A stretch of DNA of 63,612 bases, filler included, from 9 parts of 9 records of this genome joined end to end with filler, not necessarily neighbours in it, one strand, 5' to 3'; positions 8,546 to 18,866 are shown, numbered from the whole stretch's first letter. Notes: generated from the letters alone by a model not told the origin. Numbers and translations: made by a program.

Positions 8546-10072
8546 ATGCCGATCAATTTCATTCCGAATGACCCGAGAGCCGGACACCCGCCTGCAGCCG
8601 TCATCGAGGCGCACGCTGAGCGACCAGATGAACTGGCCCGGTATGTCTATCTGGGCTCCTTCCCGGAAGACACATATCCAACTGACAGCGAAGGCTTTCT
8701 GTTCTGGCAATGCCGCGAGGCCGCTCTCAGAGCCATCGACCTTTGGGAGTTGATCGACGGGAGTACGCTGACTACGTGGCAGAACGGGAAAACCTTGCGG
8801 CTGAAACACAAGACACCGGGGCAGCCCCAACTCAATGCCTTTTACGACAGGCTTTCGCTCTCCTTTTTTCAGGTGGATGCTGCCGGGGGAGACAGTTACC
8901 GCTCAGGGGCAAGTACCGATGTTGTCGCACACGAGGCGGGCCATGCCTTTCTGGATGCAATCCGCCCGGATCTTTGGGGGGCTTTTCAGGCGGAGCCGGG
9001 TGCTTTTCACGAAGCCTTTGGAGACTGCATCGCAATTCTTGTCGCGCTTCAGGACGAGGCGACCCGCCAGGTGCTTCTCGATCAAGGGCTGTTGAGACAG
9101 AAGAACTTTGTCGAGTCCACTGCAGAGGATCTGTCCCACGGTATTGCTGTCCTGGTCGACGCAAATCACAATGCAGCGGTCCCACGGCGCGCGCTCAACA
9201 CACATCAATGGGTGATGCCGGCCTCCTTGCCGGTGTCAGGTGGTCCGGGCGTTCTGATCAACGAAGTACACTCGCTGGGCATGATCTTCAGCGGTTGTTT
9301 TTACGACACGCTGACGAACATCTATCAGTCGCGCGGTGTGGAGAGCGAAAAAGGATTGCTGGCGGCGGCAAGGACGGCGGGAGAGTTGCTGGTTGCTGCT
9401 TCGCGTACGGCGCCACTTAAACCTCGATTTTTCCAGGCTGTCGGCAACGCCATGCTGATTGCGGACGGAATGCGCAATGCCGGGGTCAATGCCCAGGCGA
9501 TCCGGGACGGGTTCGGGGCTCATAATGTGCTGTTGAATGCCGAACAACTGACATCCCCCACTGTGGTTCTGGCTGGCCGGCCGCCTTCGGAAACCGTTCA
9601 TTCCGTTCGTGATGTACTGACACAGGCCTCCCGCCGCAGCCTGCTGGAAGTCACCGGAGATGATACGGATCAGCGGTTCTACGGCAGCCGGGTTCAGCTT
9701 GGCGACCAGTCGGTAGCAGCCGTTCGGCGGCGCCAGAAAGTCTCGCTCGCAGATGTCGCCAGTGATCTGGAAGGCGTCTATTGCTACGTCGAGGAAGACG
9801 TCCTCATCGGTGAGCAAAACGGAAATGCCGCCCTGCTGGGCGAGGTGGAGACGGTTCGGCAATCCGCTGTCGAGGCGCAAAGCTTTGTCTTCAGCCTGCA
9901 TGCCGCCGGTCAGATTTCAGAAGAGGCCCACAGCCGGGCGGGCGACGATACGATCGGTGCCGTGAGCCATGTGGTCAGTAACGTTGGTGAGGAGCGTCGA
10001 TTGCTCCGAAAGCGTTTCAATTGCCGGTGTCACGCTCTTCCAGGCACGGCAAGGGCCTTCCTGTGCACTTGA
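8546..10072 (+). CDS. thermolysin-like (M4/M36 gluzincin) zinc metallopeptidase with extra C-terminal domain
   Basis: NAFY, DVVAHEAGH (HExxH), FHEAFGD third ligand, EVHS. GAGGAGG RBS. No signal peptide. Confidence 0.85.
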   Translation: MPINFIPNDPRAGHPPAAVIEAHAERPDELARYVYLGSFPEDTYPTDSEGFLFWQCREAALRAIDLWELIDGSTLTTWQNGKTLRLKHKTPGQPQLNAFYDRLSLSFFQVDAAGGDSYRSGASTDVVAHEAGHAFLDAIRPDLWGAFQAEPGAFHEAFGDCIAILVALQDEATRQVLLDQGLLRQKNFVESTAEDLSHGIAVLVDANHNAAVPRRALNTHQWVMPASLPVSGGPGVLINEVHSLGMIFSGCFYDTLTNIYQSRGVESEKGLLAAARTAGELLVAASRTAPLKPRFFQAVGNAMLIADGMRNAGVNAQAIRDGFGAHNVLLNAEQLTSPTVVLAGRPPSETVHSVRDVLTQASRRSLLEVTGDDTDQRFYGSRVQLGDQSVAAVRRRQKVSLADVASDLEGVYCYVEEDVLIGEQNGNAALLGEVETVRQSAVEAQSFVFSLHAAGQISEEAHSRAGDDTIGAVSHVVSNVGEERRLLRKRFNCRCHALPGTARAFLCT

Positions 10073-10942
10073 TCAGTTGAAGCCCCTTCGCCGAAGTATG
10101 CGTCTGCCGGTCTCATCAGTTTCGACATAGTGCGTCGGTTGACCGAGCAGTGGCGACGCCATGCCTTCAAGCTCTCCTGCTTCAGCTTGGCCTGTCTCAC
10201 GTGGTGCCATCTCAAGCTGGCCATTGGCCCGCAGACTTTGAATGTAGGCCTTTGCCTCCTGGATCGTGTCTTCAGCAACCTCTTTGAATGCGACAGGGTG
10301 AGGGCTGTCGGGCTGTTCAATGACAAACGACGTGGGAAGGTTCAGGAACAGGCCGGAGAGGGCGCCAAGTGCGCTGTCTTCCACGGATATCAGGCAATGA
10401 CCTTCTGCTTCGATCCGCTCCGGGCGGAACGAAACTTGCTGGAGGTCGACAACACCTTCCGCGGCCGCCAGAACCGGCAGCACCAGTTGCAGGTTCTCGG
10501 CCGCGTTTCTTCCGGTTTTTCGGGCAATCTTCAATAGCATTGCCGGCCAGCCAGACATTCCATCGGCGCCAGTCTCTTCCAGAAGAAGTTTCGGTAAACC
10601 TGGCGGAAGAGCGCCATCCGTGCTGCCGGGGCTGGCGTCGACCAAAGCACATTCCGATGCGGGATCATTTACCGAGAAACGTTCCTGCAATTCTCTCAGT
10701 ACTGTTGCGTCAACACCGGGTTTGTTCGTCTCAATGACCTGGGAGGGGCCAGCTGGAAGCCGTAGCTCTCTCAAGGTGGACAGGGCTTCAGCTGCGTCAT
10801 TTGACGAGCGAACAACCAGCGCAAAGGCAAGCCGAGCTCCCGTTTCATCTCTCATCTGGCCAATCGCATCCAGTGCCTCACAGACGAAGGGTCTGAGAGC
10901 GCCATGCGGGTCAAGAAGACTGTCCGGTGTCAGAAGCAGCAA
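10073..10942 (-). CDS. hypothetical protein: degenerate HAD-like N-terminus plus C-terminal domain resembling that of the adjacent peptidase
   Basis: 289-aa ORF with AGGAGG RBS just upstream (start may be CTG 10951 or TTG 10942). The stop abuts the peptidase stop. Confidence 0.65.
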   Translation of the reverse strand: MLLLTPDSLLDPHGALRPFVCEALDAIGQMRDETGARLAFALVVRSSNDAAEALSTLRELRLPAGPSQVIETNKPGVDATVLRELQERFSVNDPASECALVDASPGSTDGALPPGLPKLLLEETGADGMSGWPAMLLKIARKTGRNAAENLQLVLPVLAAAEGVVDLQQVSFRPERIEAEGHCLISVEDSALGALSGLFLNLPTSFVIEQPDSPHPVAFKEVAEDTIQEAKAYIQSLRANGQLEMAPRETGQAEAGELEGMASPLLGQPTHYVETDETGRRILRRRGFN

Positions 10943-10969
10943 GCGCAGCAGTTTGGCCTCCTGGTTTCC

Positions 10970-11551
10970 TCAGACGCGTTGCAGGAATTCAATGACCCGC
11001 CGGGTGAGCAGGGCAGACGCTTCTGCATCAAACGATGGTAGCGAGCTATCGGCGAAATAGTGCTCTTCTCCGGGATAGAGAAAAAGAGCTGCATCCTCTG
11101 CCGTTTCAACAATCTCGCGCGCAGCGTCGATGTCACCTTCACCGACGAAAAAAGGATCATTGTCCATTGCGTGGATTTGAACAGGGACGCCGTTAGGCCA
11201 GGGCCCAAAAGACCAGTCCCCACTGATCGGCAGGCAGGAGTGGATCAGCAAGGCAGCCTGTGCTCCAGGCCGGGTTTGCGCTAGCTTCTGCGCCGGCAGC
11301 ACACCAAACGAGAAACCCGCGTAGACGAGATCGTGGGGGAGTTCATCTGCCAGACGGACACCGCGTTCACGCATTTCGTCAAAGCCGGTTTCCTCGATGA
11401 AGGCGAGGCCCTTCTCGATGCTGTTGAACGTATTACCCTCGAACAAATCCGGCGTGTGCACTTTGTGACCGGCCTGTCGCAGATTGTCTGCAAACTTCAG
11501 CACCCCGGAAGTCAAGCCAAGCGCATGGTGAAACAGCAGAACCTCAGACAT
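10970..11551 (-). CDS. dienelactone hydrolase-family alpha/beta hydrolase
   Basis: LLFHHALGL, TPDLFEG, nucleophile elbow GFSFG, YPGEEHYF. Start at ATG 11551. Confidence 0.85.
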   Translation of the reverse strand: MSEVLLFHHALGLTSGVLKFADNLRQAGHKVHTPDLFEGNTFNSIEKGLAFIEETGFDEMRERGVRLADELPHDLVYAGFSFGVLPAQKLAQTRPGAQAALLIHSCLPISGDWSFGPWPNGVPVQIHAMDNDPFFVGEGDIDAAREIVETAEDAALFLYPGEEHYFADSSLPSFDAEASALLTRRVIEFLQRV

Positions 11552-11873
11552 CTGGCTCCTCCAGAAGTGGAAAATAGCACGCAGCAAGGCATCGTGTCAT
11601 CGGTGGGCGCATGCAACGGCGCGACCCGTCTCCGGGGACGCCTGTACGTCGGACGGACTTCTGGCTTTCCGAAGCTGATTAGCAGCGAAAGCGGTCACAG
11701 GCGGGACTGCGCGCGGGCAGGAAGGAGGTTGAGCTATCCCTGTTTTCCTTTCGGGGTGGCAGACCTCCCGGTGCTCTTCGCACGCCACGCCTGTTGCCTC
11801 GCGTTTTTGCCTTCCGGACTTTGTGCTCCGGAAGGCTGTATTCGTGGAATTGAAGATCTGCTACCTGCTCAGC

Positions 11874-13409
11874 TTACTGCGGTGGCGGCGCAGCGTTCAT
11901 GATCCGCTTCGACATGTCCTCAACAGACGTGGAGAAACTGGCAATCCGCGGCGGGAATTCCTCGAAGGAGGCAACAAACTTGTTCACTAGGCCAAGTGCC
12001 GGACCGATGGCCCAGGACCTGTTCTCCTGCCATTCGTCAAATCCCCGGGCGTCGTGGAACCGTTCAAAGGGATCGAGATCGAGGCGCGTGATCAACGGGG
12101 AAGTCATTTCGTATTGGTTGCCGTTGAACCAACGGTCTTGGCTGGTGAACAGGAACTTCCATTCCCCGAAGCGCAGGCCGTGGAAAGTGGTTTCAGTGAA
12201 ATAGAAGAACTCCATCCGGTTGGAAGGCCCGGTTTGGGTCAGCAACGGGGTCTGGTCATAGCCGTCCAGATGAACCTTGAAGGTCTTGCCGCCAATGTCC
12301 GCACCCGCCAGAAGCTGTTCCTTGATGTCTGGCTGACCCAGTTGGGACATGATGGTCGGGATCCAGTCCTCCATGGTCATAAGTTCGCCGGTGGTGGTTC
12401 CTGCCGGCGTTACTCCGGGCCAGCGCACTGCCATGGGCACCTTGAAGCCGCCTTCATAACCGCCCACGCCCTTTTCACCCCGGAAAGGCTGGTTGCCGCC
12501 GTCGGGCCAGGAATTGGACGCCGCACCGTTGTCGGTGGAGAACATCACCATCGTATTGTCGGCGACGCCAAGTTCGTCCAGCAGATTCAGAAGCTCACCC
12601 ACGTCGTCGTCCAGTTCCACCATGCCGTCGGCATAAACATTGCCGGTGCCGGTGATGCCGTCATAATGGTCGTTCAGGTTGGTGCGATAGTGCATGCGGG
12701 TGGTGTTGTGCCAGACGAAGAACGGCTCGTTGGCGGAGACAGCCTCCGTAATGAAGCGCTTGCTTTCTTCAAGCACGTCCTGGTCCAGGTTGCGCTGAAC
12801 TTCCTGTCCGAAGGGCCCGAGATCCTCGATCTCCTGACCGCCATCTGCTTTTGCAAAGCTGTGAATGATGCCTCGCTGTGCCAGGTTCGCATCCTCGAAA
12901 GCCTGTGCCGGGTAATCCACTTGCTCGATATATTCCCCGGCGTTCAGGTGGTAGAGGATCCCGAAGAATTCATCGAACCCGTGGTTTGTGGGCAGATGTT
13001 CGTCCCGGTCACCAAGATGGTTCTTTCCGAATTGGCCGGTGCGGTATCCCAAAGGCTTGAGCATTTCGGCCAGTGTCGGATCTTCGGTCGAAAGACCTTG
13101 TGGCGCACCGGGGAGACCGACGGTGGACAGGCCGACCCTAAGCGGGTACTGGCCCGTGATGAAGGCCGCCCGGCCTGCGGTACAGGACGCCTGGGCATAA
13201 TGATCCATGAAGAGCATGCCTTCGTTTGCGATCCTGTCGATATTCGGCGTCTCGCCTGCCATCATGCCTCGGTGGTATGCCGAGATGTTCCACATCCCGA
13301 CGTCATCCCCCCAGATGACGAGAACATTTGGCTTGTCTGGTTCCTGGGCTGTGGCAGCTACCGGGGCCAGGCAGGCAGCAAGTGCTGCTGCCGCAATAAG
13401 TTTCAACAT
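11874..13409 (-). CDS. arylsulfatase (Cys-type, formylglycine), secreted
   Basis: Signal peptide, KPNVLVIWGDD, SCTAGRAAFITG, GKNHLG, STDNG. Confidence 0.92.
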   Translation of the reverse strand: MLKLIAAAALAACLAPVAATAQEPDKPNVLVIWGDDVGMWNISAYHRGMMAGETPNIDRIANEGMLFMDHYAQASCTAGRAAFITGQYPLRVGLSTVGLPGAPQGLSTEDPTLAEMLKPLGYRTGQFGKNHLGDRDEHLPTNHGFDEFFGILYHLNAGEYIEQVDYPAQAFEDANLAQRGIIHSFAKADGGQEIEDLGPFGQEVQRNLDQDVLEESKRFITEAVSANEPFFVWHNTTRMHYRTNLNDHYDGITGTGNVYADGMVELDDDVGELLNLLDELGVADNTMVMFSTDNGAASNSWPDGGNQPFRGEKGVGGYEGGFKVPMAVRWPGVTPAGTTTGELMTMEDWIPTIMSQLGQPDIKEQLLAGADIGGKTFKVHLDGYDQTPLLTQTGPSNRMEFFYFTETTFHGLRFGEWKFLFTSQDRWFNGNQYEMTSPLITRLDLDPFERFHDARGFDEWQENRSWAIGPALGLVNKFVASFEEFPPRIASFSTSVEDMSKRIMNAAPPPQ

Positions 13410-13905
13410 CACGCGGCTCCTTCACGAACGATAAGTCCATCAAACAGCCCAATGATCCCATACGTCAAATGGATTGCAAAAGTTCTGTATGCAAACTTTG
13501 GGTGTGAGTTAATGCGAGTGTTCAAACAAGAAGGGTATATGCCACCGGAAAGTGAGCTGCTGATTTCGGGACAAGGTGGCAATGACTTCCAAAGTTGCGC
13601 CGACCAGACAGATCAGTGAACGTTGACGATTTACCCCAAGCGAAGTCCAATTCGTTGCTGGATAATATCCCGGGAAAATTGCATACTGTAGCTTCGCTAC
13701 CAAATTGAAGTTGCTCTTTTTCTTCGGGTGTTGGGAGCTCGTATTGAAAAGGTGGCCCGGCAGACTGGCGAGTATGAGAGTAGAGGACTGCCTTCATGCA
13801 AAAAATCGGTCTGTCAAACGGGCGGTAAGTGCGCAAGCAAGTGGAAATCGACACACAGGGCCATGCAGCAAACCCGTAGCGACTTTTGAGGCAGGAGAGG
13901 CGGAC

Positions 13906-14889
13906 GTGGGCGAGACAAGAACCAGCAAAGCACGCAGACACTCACTCACCTTGAAGGTGTCGCTGTTCGCACTGATGTGCCTTGCGGGCATATCGCAGCA
14001 GGCAAACTCGGCTGAAAGCGGTGTCGGTTTTTATCTGCTTGGGTCCAAAGGGCCATTTGCGGCGGTGCTGCCCGGGCCGGGTGTCTACTTTCAAAATGAC
14101 GTCTATTTCTATTCAGGGTCTGCCGAGGCGAGCCGTGACCTGCCTGTTGGCGGCAGGATTATCGGCAATGTCGTCGCGACCGCCTATATCGATCTCGCAA
14201 CTGGCTTGTGGGTTGTACCGACAAGCGTACTTGGGGGCAGCCTTGCCCTGCAGGCGACGGTTCCCTGGGGTGGACAATCCGTCGATGCTTCACTTGATGC
14301 CGGCGGAATTCTCGGAGCGTCTGTCAGCGATACGGTGTTCACGATTGGTGACCCCGTGGTTGGCGCCTCGCTGGGCTGGCACAACGGCAATTGGCACTGG
14401 ACGACGGGTTTCCTCGTCAACGTGCCGGTGGGGGACTACCAGAAAGGTGAGATTGCCAACGTTGCCTTCAACCGTTGGGGGTTCGACATCAACGGTGGCG
14501 TAACCTGGTTCGATCCCAAAAGCGGTTGGGAGGTTTCCGGTGTTGCCGGTTTCACTTTCAACGGCGAAAACCCGGCCACGAACTACACCACCGGAACGGA
14601 ATTTCACTTCGAAGGGGCGCTCACCAAAACCTTTTCACCCCAGTTCTCGGCAGGGCTGGTCGGCTATTACTACGACCAGATTACAGCCGACAGCGGATCC
14701 GGCGCCAGGCTCGGCGATTTCGAGGGACGCGTTGCCGCTCTTGGTGGCACGGCCGGCTACAATTTCCAGCTTGGCCAGACACCGGTCTCGACACGCGTGA
14801 AGGTTTACCGGGAGTTCGCTGCGGAAAATCGTCTCGAAGGGACTTCGGCGTATCTCACCCTGACGATCCCGCTAAGCGTGAAACAGTAG
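13906..14889 (+). CDS. SphA/COG4313-type outer-membrane beta-barrel channel
   Basis: Signal peptide then AESGVGFYLLG...PGPGVY, alternating beta-strands, ENRLEG near the C-terminus. AGGAG RBS before GTG 13906. Confidence 0.8.
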   Translation: MGETRTSKARRHSLTLKVSLFALMCLAGISQQANSAESGVGFYLLGSKGPFAAVLPGPGVYFQNDVYFYSGSAEASRDLPVGGRIIGNVVATAYIDLATGLWVVPTSVLGGSLALQATVPWGGQSVDASLDAGGILGASVSDTVFTIGDPVVGASLGWHNGNWHWTTGFLVNVPVGDYQKGEIANVAFNRWGFDINGGVTWFDPKSGWEVSGVAGFTFNGENPATNYTTGTEFHFEGALTKTFSPQFSAGLVGYYYDQITADSGSGARLGDFEGRVAALGGTAGYNFQLGQTPVSTRVKVYREFAAENRLEGTSAYLTLTIPLSVKQ

Positions 14890-15345
14890 CGCAGACTGGC
14901 CAAATTTTTATCTTGTTCAGCAGGCCATGAAGACCTCAAGTCACATGTAGATGTGGCCTTTTTCAAGACAGGCGAGCGGCGCAAAACCAGATCCGTCTTT
15001 GCAGAGGGAGAACTTCAGGATTTCGCAGTCGATTTCCAAAACAAGCCAGAGCTTTCAAGGATCTATCCAAACCAACTTCTACAGAGGCCGAGGAGTATCT
15101 CTTTGTTGTTTCTGGTTTCGGTCGTAAAAAGCGTTTGAACGCAAGTCGCCCGACGCGTTGCCGAAAGCAATTTTGCCAGACAATCCTTCAGCTCGAAGAC
15201 GAACGCCCCGGTCAAAAAAGCGGTATTGAGATCGGTATTTGCCCCTTGTGTTCGCCCGCTGGATGCCCGCGTTTCCTAAAAGGCTTATTTGGTACTATCG
15301 TTACCGTTGTCCCTGCAGTTCTGCCAAACAATGCTGGGCCCGATT

Positions 15346-16872
15346 TCACAGGTCGTCCAGATTGTCCATCATCTGGTAGAAGAAGCCGATGGTCTTGCCG
15401 TATTCATCGACTCTGATGCGCTCATTGACACCATGGAAACCTTCAAATTCCTTCGTGTTTTCAAGCTGGATGCCGGTGATGGTAAAAACGTCCGGAGCGA
15501 ACGGCCGGGCCTGGAAGTGTTTTGAATCCGAGCCGCCGATCACGAAGAACGGCGCCACGACGAGATCATTGCCCCAGATCTGGCGAATGGTCTTTTCCAG
15601 TGCCTTGTAGCCGGGGCCTTCGGGGTCAGCCATGGCGGTTGCAGGTGTCGAGGCGGAGATGTCCCGAATGGTTATGCGGTCGTCGCCGATGGCATCCTTT
15701 ACGTGCTGGATGATGACCTCGGGCGTGTCGCCGGGCATGGGGCGAAAATTCACGACTGCCGTCGCTGAAGGTGGCAGAACGTTATCCTTGATGCCTGCAT
15801 TGAACATGCTGACGGCGATTGTCGTATGCATCATGGCCCGGGTGACCTGATTGCCGGCCATGACCTCGACAAACTGCTTTTCGAGATCGGTCATCTCGCC
15901 GTCCTTGCCGAAGGCAACGGCTGCATAAAGCGGCTGATAGGCTTCATCCAGTTCAGGCCCGAGATAACGATACTGATGACGCAGCGCAGGATGAATGCGG
16001 TAGGGAAACTGCGCGGCTTCCAGCTTGGTGATCGCCTTTGCGAGAATGCCGATATTCGATTCCTCGGGCGGCTGCGATGAATGACCTCCGACCCCATGCA
16101 TCGCCAGTTCCAGGCTGACGTAGCCCTTTTGCGCTATGCCGATCAGCGCCGTATTGTCTGGAAGTCCGGGGAAGAGACCGGGCACCAGCGGAGCTGACTC
16201 GTCCATGACAAAGGCAAATCGCTTGATGCCGCGTTTTTCCAGGGTCTCCGCAATAAATCTGGCCCCTTCCGGGCCGCCGACTTCCTCATCCTGGCCAAAG
16301 ACGAAATAAATCGTCCGTTCCGGCTGCCAGCCTTCCTTGATCTTCATTTCAGCGGCTTCAAGAATGCCGTGAATCTGGTTCTTGTCGTCAAGGACACCAC
16401 GTCCCCAGATGTATCCGTCGGCAACTGCCCCGGAGAAAGGATCCTGTTCCCACTGATCTCGCGAGTCCGCCGGCACTGGCACCACATCCTGGTGGGCGTA
16501 GAAGAGGGCTGGCTCCAGATCCGGGTTCTTGCCTTCCCAGGTGTAAAGCAGGCTGTAGGGACGCGGATCACCGAGGATTTCTCGTTTCAAGACCTTGTGT
16601 ACCTCCGGATAGGCCTCGACAAGGAACGCGTGATAGTCCTCAAACGCCTTGGTGTCGAAGTCGTCCCGGTCCTGATTCGAGATCGTCGGAAACTGCACGG
16701 CCTTGGATAGTCGCTCCACCGCGCCATCGAGGTCGACGTCGATGGAAATCTGCTCGACGCCTTTCATTTGCTTGGAAGAGAAATCCTGCGGCTCTTCCGC
16801 TAAGGCAGTCGCGCCGAAGGCAATGGAAGCCATGAGTGAAAAGCTGGCCGCATATCTGGTGGGGCGCTTCAT
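15346..16872 (-). CDS. M20-family peptidase (PM20D1/carboxypeptidase S-like), secreted
   Basis: AHQDVVP, GRGVLDDK, QDEEVGG, GGHSS, HGVNERI; N-terminal signal peptide. Confidence 0.9.
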   Translation of the reverse strand: MKRPTRYAASFSLMASIAFGATALAEEPQDFSSKQMKGVEQISIDVDLDGAVERLSKAVQFPTISNQDRDDFDTKAFEDYHAFLVEAYPEVHKVLKREILGDPRPYSLLYTWEGKNPDLEPALFYAHQDVVPVPADSRDQWEQDPFSGAVADGYIWGRGVLDDKNQIHGILEAAEMKIKEGWQPERTIYFVFGQDEEVGGPEGARFIAETLEKRGIKRFAFVMDESAPLVPGLFPGLPDNTALIGIAQKGYVSLELAMHGVGGHSSQPPEESNIGILAKAITKLEAAQFPYRIHPALRHQYRYLGPELDEAYQPLYAAVAFGKDGEMTDLEKQFVEVMAGNQVTRAMMHTTIAVSMFNAGIKDNVLPPSATAVVNFRPMPGDTPEVIIQHVKDAIGDDRITIRDISASTPATAMADPEGPGYKALEKTIRQIWGNDLVVAPFFVIGGSDSKHFQARPFAPDVFTITGIQLENTKEFEGFHGVNERIRVDEYGKTIGFFYQMMDNLDDL

Positions 16873-17268
16873 GTTGGTCTCCTGGAGTGTGCGTTCGACT
16901 AGAACCGATCCTGGCTGATTGTGTTCTTTTAGATCTTGCCGTCCTTCTTGATCAGGATGAAATTTTCATCGGATCTGCGATCAGGCCAATTATTGTTCTC
17001 GACCGTCACCCGGTTAGCGAGAAGTTGCATCCATTTTGCACCCATTTTTCGAGCTTGGTAATTAATCTTGATCAATTAGGTGGTCTGATTTGCAAATTTG
17101 CCAAAAAGCGACGATGGGGAAGCACTACTTGAACCTGCGATCGTCGTCCTGGAAACCGGCTCTGTTTACGGGGGGCTCTTTGGATACTCGCTCATGGTCT
17201 GTCAGCGGCCCTTCGAATGCCGATGGTGTCGAGAACCGTGGCATGGAATGGCGGAAACCGGTGCTGGC

Positions 17269-17311
17269 AAAAAGAAAACCCGCCCGATCGTTTCCGATGG
17301 GCGGGTTCTTT
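17269..17311 (-). terminator. intrinsic terminator downstream of nrdJ
   Basis: AAAGAAAACCCGCCC..ATCG-TTTC-CGATGGGCGGGTTCTTT hairpin with A/T tails. Confidence 0.7.
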
Positions 17312-17433
17312 CGTCTGGGCGCCGGGAGCCGCGCTGTGGCCGGTGGGAACCGGCCTGGGCGAACTCCCGGCTAAGCTTTGTGTGCGATGGAATTCAGACT
17401 TCCGGCCGGTGTCGGCCAGAAGTCTGTTGATCG

Positions 17434-18493
17434 TCAGCTGCAGCCGCTGGTGGAGCCGCAAGTGTCGCACTTCAGGCAGGTGCCGTTGCGCACCATGGTG
17501 AAGTTGCCGCATTCCGAGCAGCTCTCGCCTTCGTAACCCTTCATTCGGGCCTGAGCGATCTGCTGAGCCGCGGTTTTCACCTGTGGGGCAGGGGCCGAGG
17601 TCACTTCGACAGCGGCAGCTGCTTCCGAGCCGCGGGCGAAAGCCGTTGCGACGGCGGAGGTCTGGGCGGCGATTGTTGTGCCCAGTTCCACTTTCACAGC
17701 TTCGGTGATCTCGCCGGAAGGCTCGTTACCGGCGACGAGACGGAACCGCTCGGTCTGGCCGCGGACGAGGCCGTGGGAAACCACACCGCCGGAGCTACCC
17801 TTGTCCATGGTCTTGACCGCGCCAGCGCTGACCGGGCCGCTGAAGGCTTCCGGCGGGACGTGGGCAAGGTCGTGACGACCGAGATAGGATACTGCCAGTT
17901 CGCGGAACACGTAGTCGAGAATCGACGTGGCGTTCTTGATCGCATCGTTGCCCTGGACCATGCCGGCCGGTTCGAACTTGGTGAAGGTGAACGCGTCGAC
18001 ATATTCCTCGAGCGGCACACCGTATTGCAGACCAAGCGAAACCGAGATCGCGAAGTTGTTGATGAATGCCCGGAGAGCCGAACCTTCCTTGTTCATGTCG
18101 AGGAAGATTTCGCCGAGGCGGCCATCGTCATATTCGCCGGTGCGCAGGAAGATGGTGTGACCACCGATCTTTGCCTTCTGGGTGTAGCCCTTGCGGCGGG
18201 TCGGCAGCTTTTCCTGTTCGCGGACAACGCGTTCGACGATCCGCTCGACGATGCGTTCGGCAACCACTTCGGCCTTTGCAGCCATCGGCTTGGCGGCCAG
18301 AGCCTCGAGGGCCTCGTCCTCGTCTTCGTCCTCATCGGCCAGTAGCTGGGCGTTGAGCGGCTGGGACAGTTTGGAACCGTCGCGGTAAAGGGCATTCGCC
18401 TTGAGCGCGAGTTTCCAGGACAGCATGTAGGCTTCCTTGCAGTCCTCCACCGTCGCATCGTTCGGCATGTTGATCGTCTTGGAGATCGCGCCG
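17434..18493 (-). CDS. nrdJ: vitamin B12-dependent ribonucleotide reductase, C-terminal part (5'-truncated)
   Basis: [39 protein letters not shown]-terminal [28 protein letters not shown]. Confidence 0.93.
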
Positions 18494-18866
18494 NNNNNNN
18501 NNNNNNNNNNNNNNNNNNNNNNNNNNNNNNNNNNNNNTTAATTAATTAANNNNNNNNNNNNNNNNNNNNNNNNNNNNNNNNNNNNNNNNNNNNGGCTGTG
18601 AGCCGGAAGTCTGCGGGTCTTCAGCCGCAATTCTACGGGTCTCTAAGCTTCAAACCCAACAACAAACAAAAAGAAAAAAGCCAGCTAACAAACGATAGTG
18701 CAGTGAGCTCTGCGCTCTTCCCAGGTCTTTAAAAAACAATGCCGGAAGGTGGTTAGTCTTCCGGCTTGCGCACGCTTAAGAAAAGCTGATTCACAAATCA
18801 TCGCCAAACTCAAGACATGCATGCGGATTGTTTAACATACTCTGGCATTGGTCTATTCAGTAACAC

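Noticed and set aside
17320-17420. GC-rich stems downstream of nrdJ as a possible cobalamin riboswitch
   Set aside because: It lies 3' of the gene, and I could not find the B12-box consensus; more likely a REP-like or terminator-associated structure.
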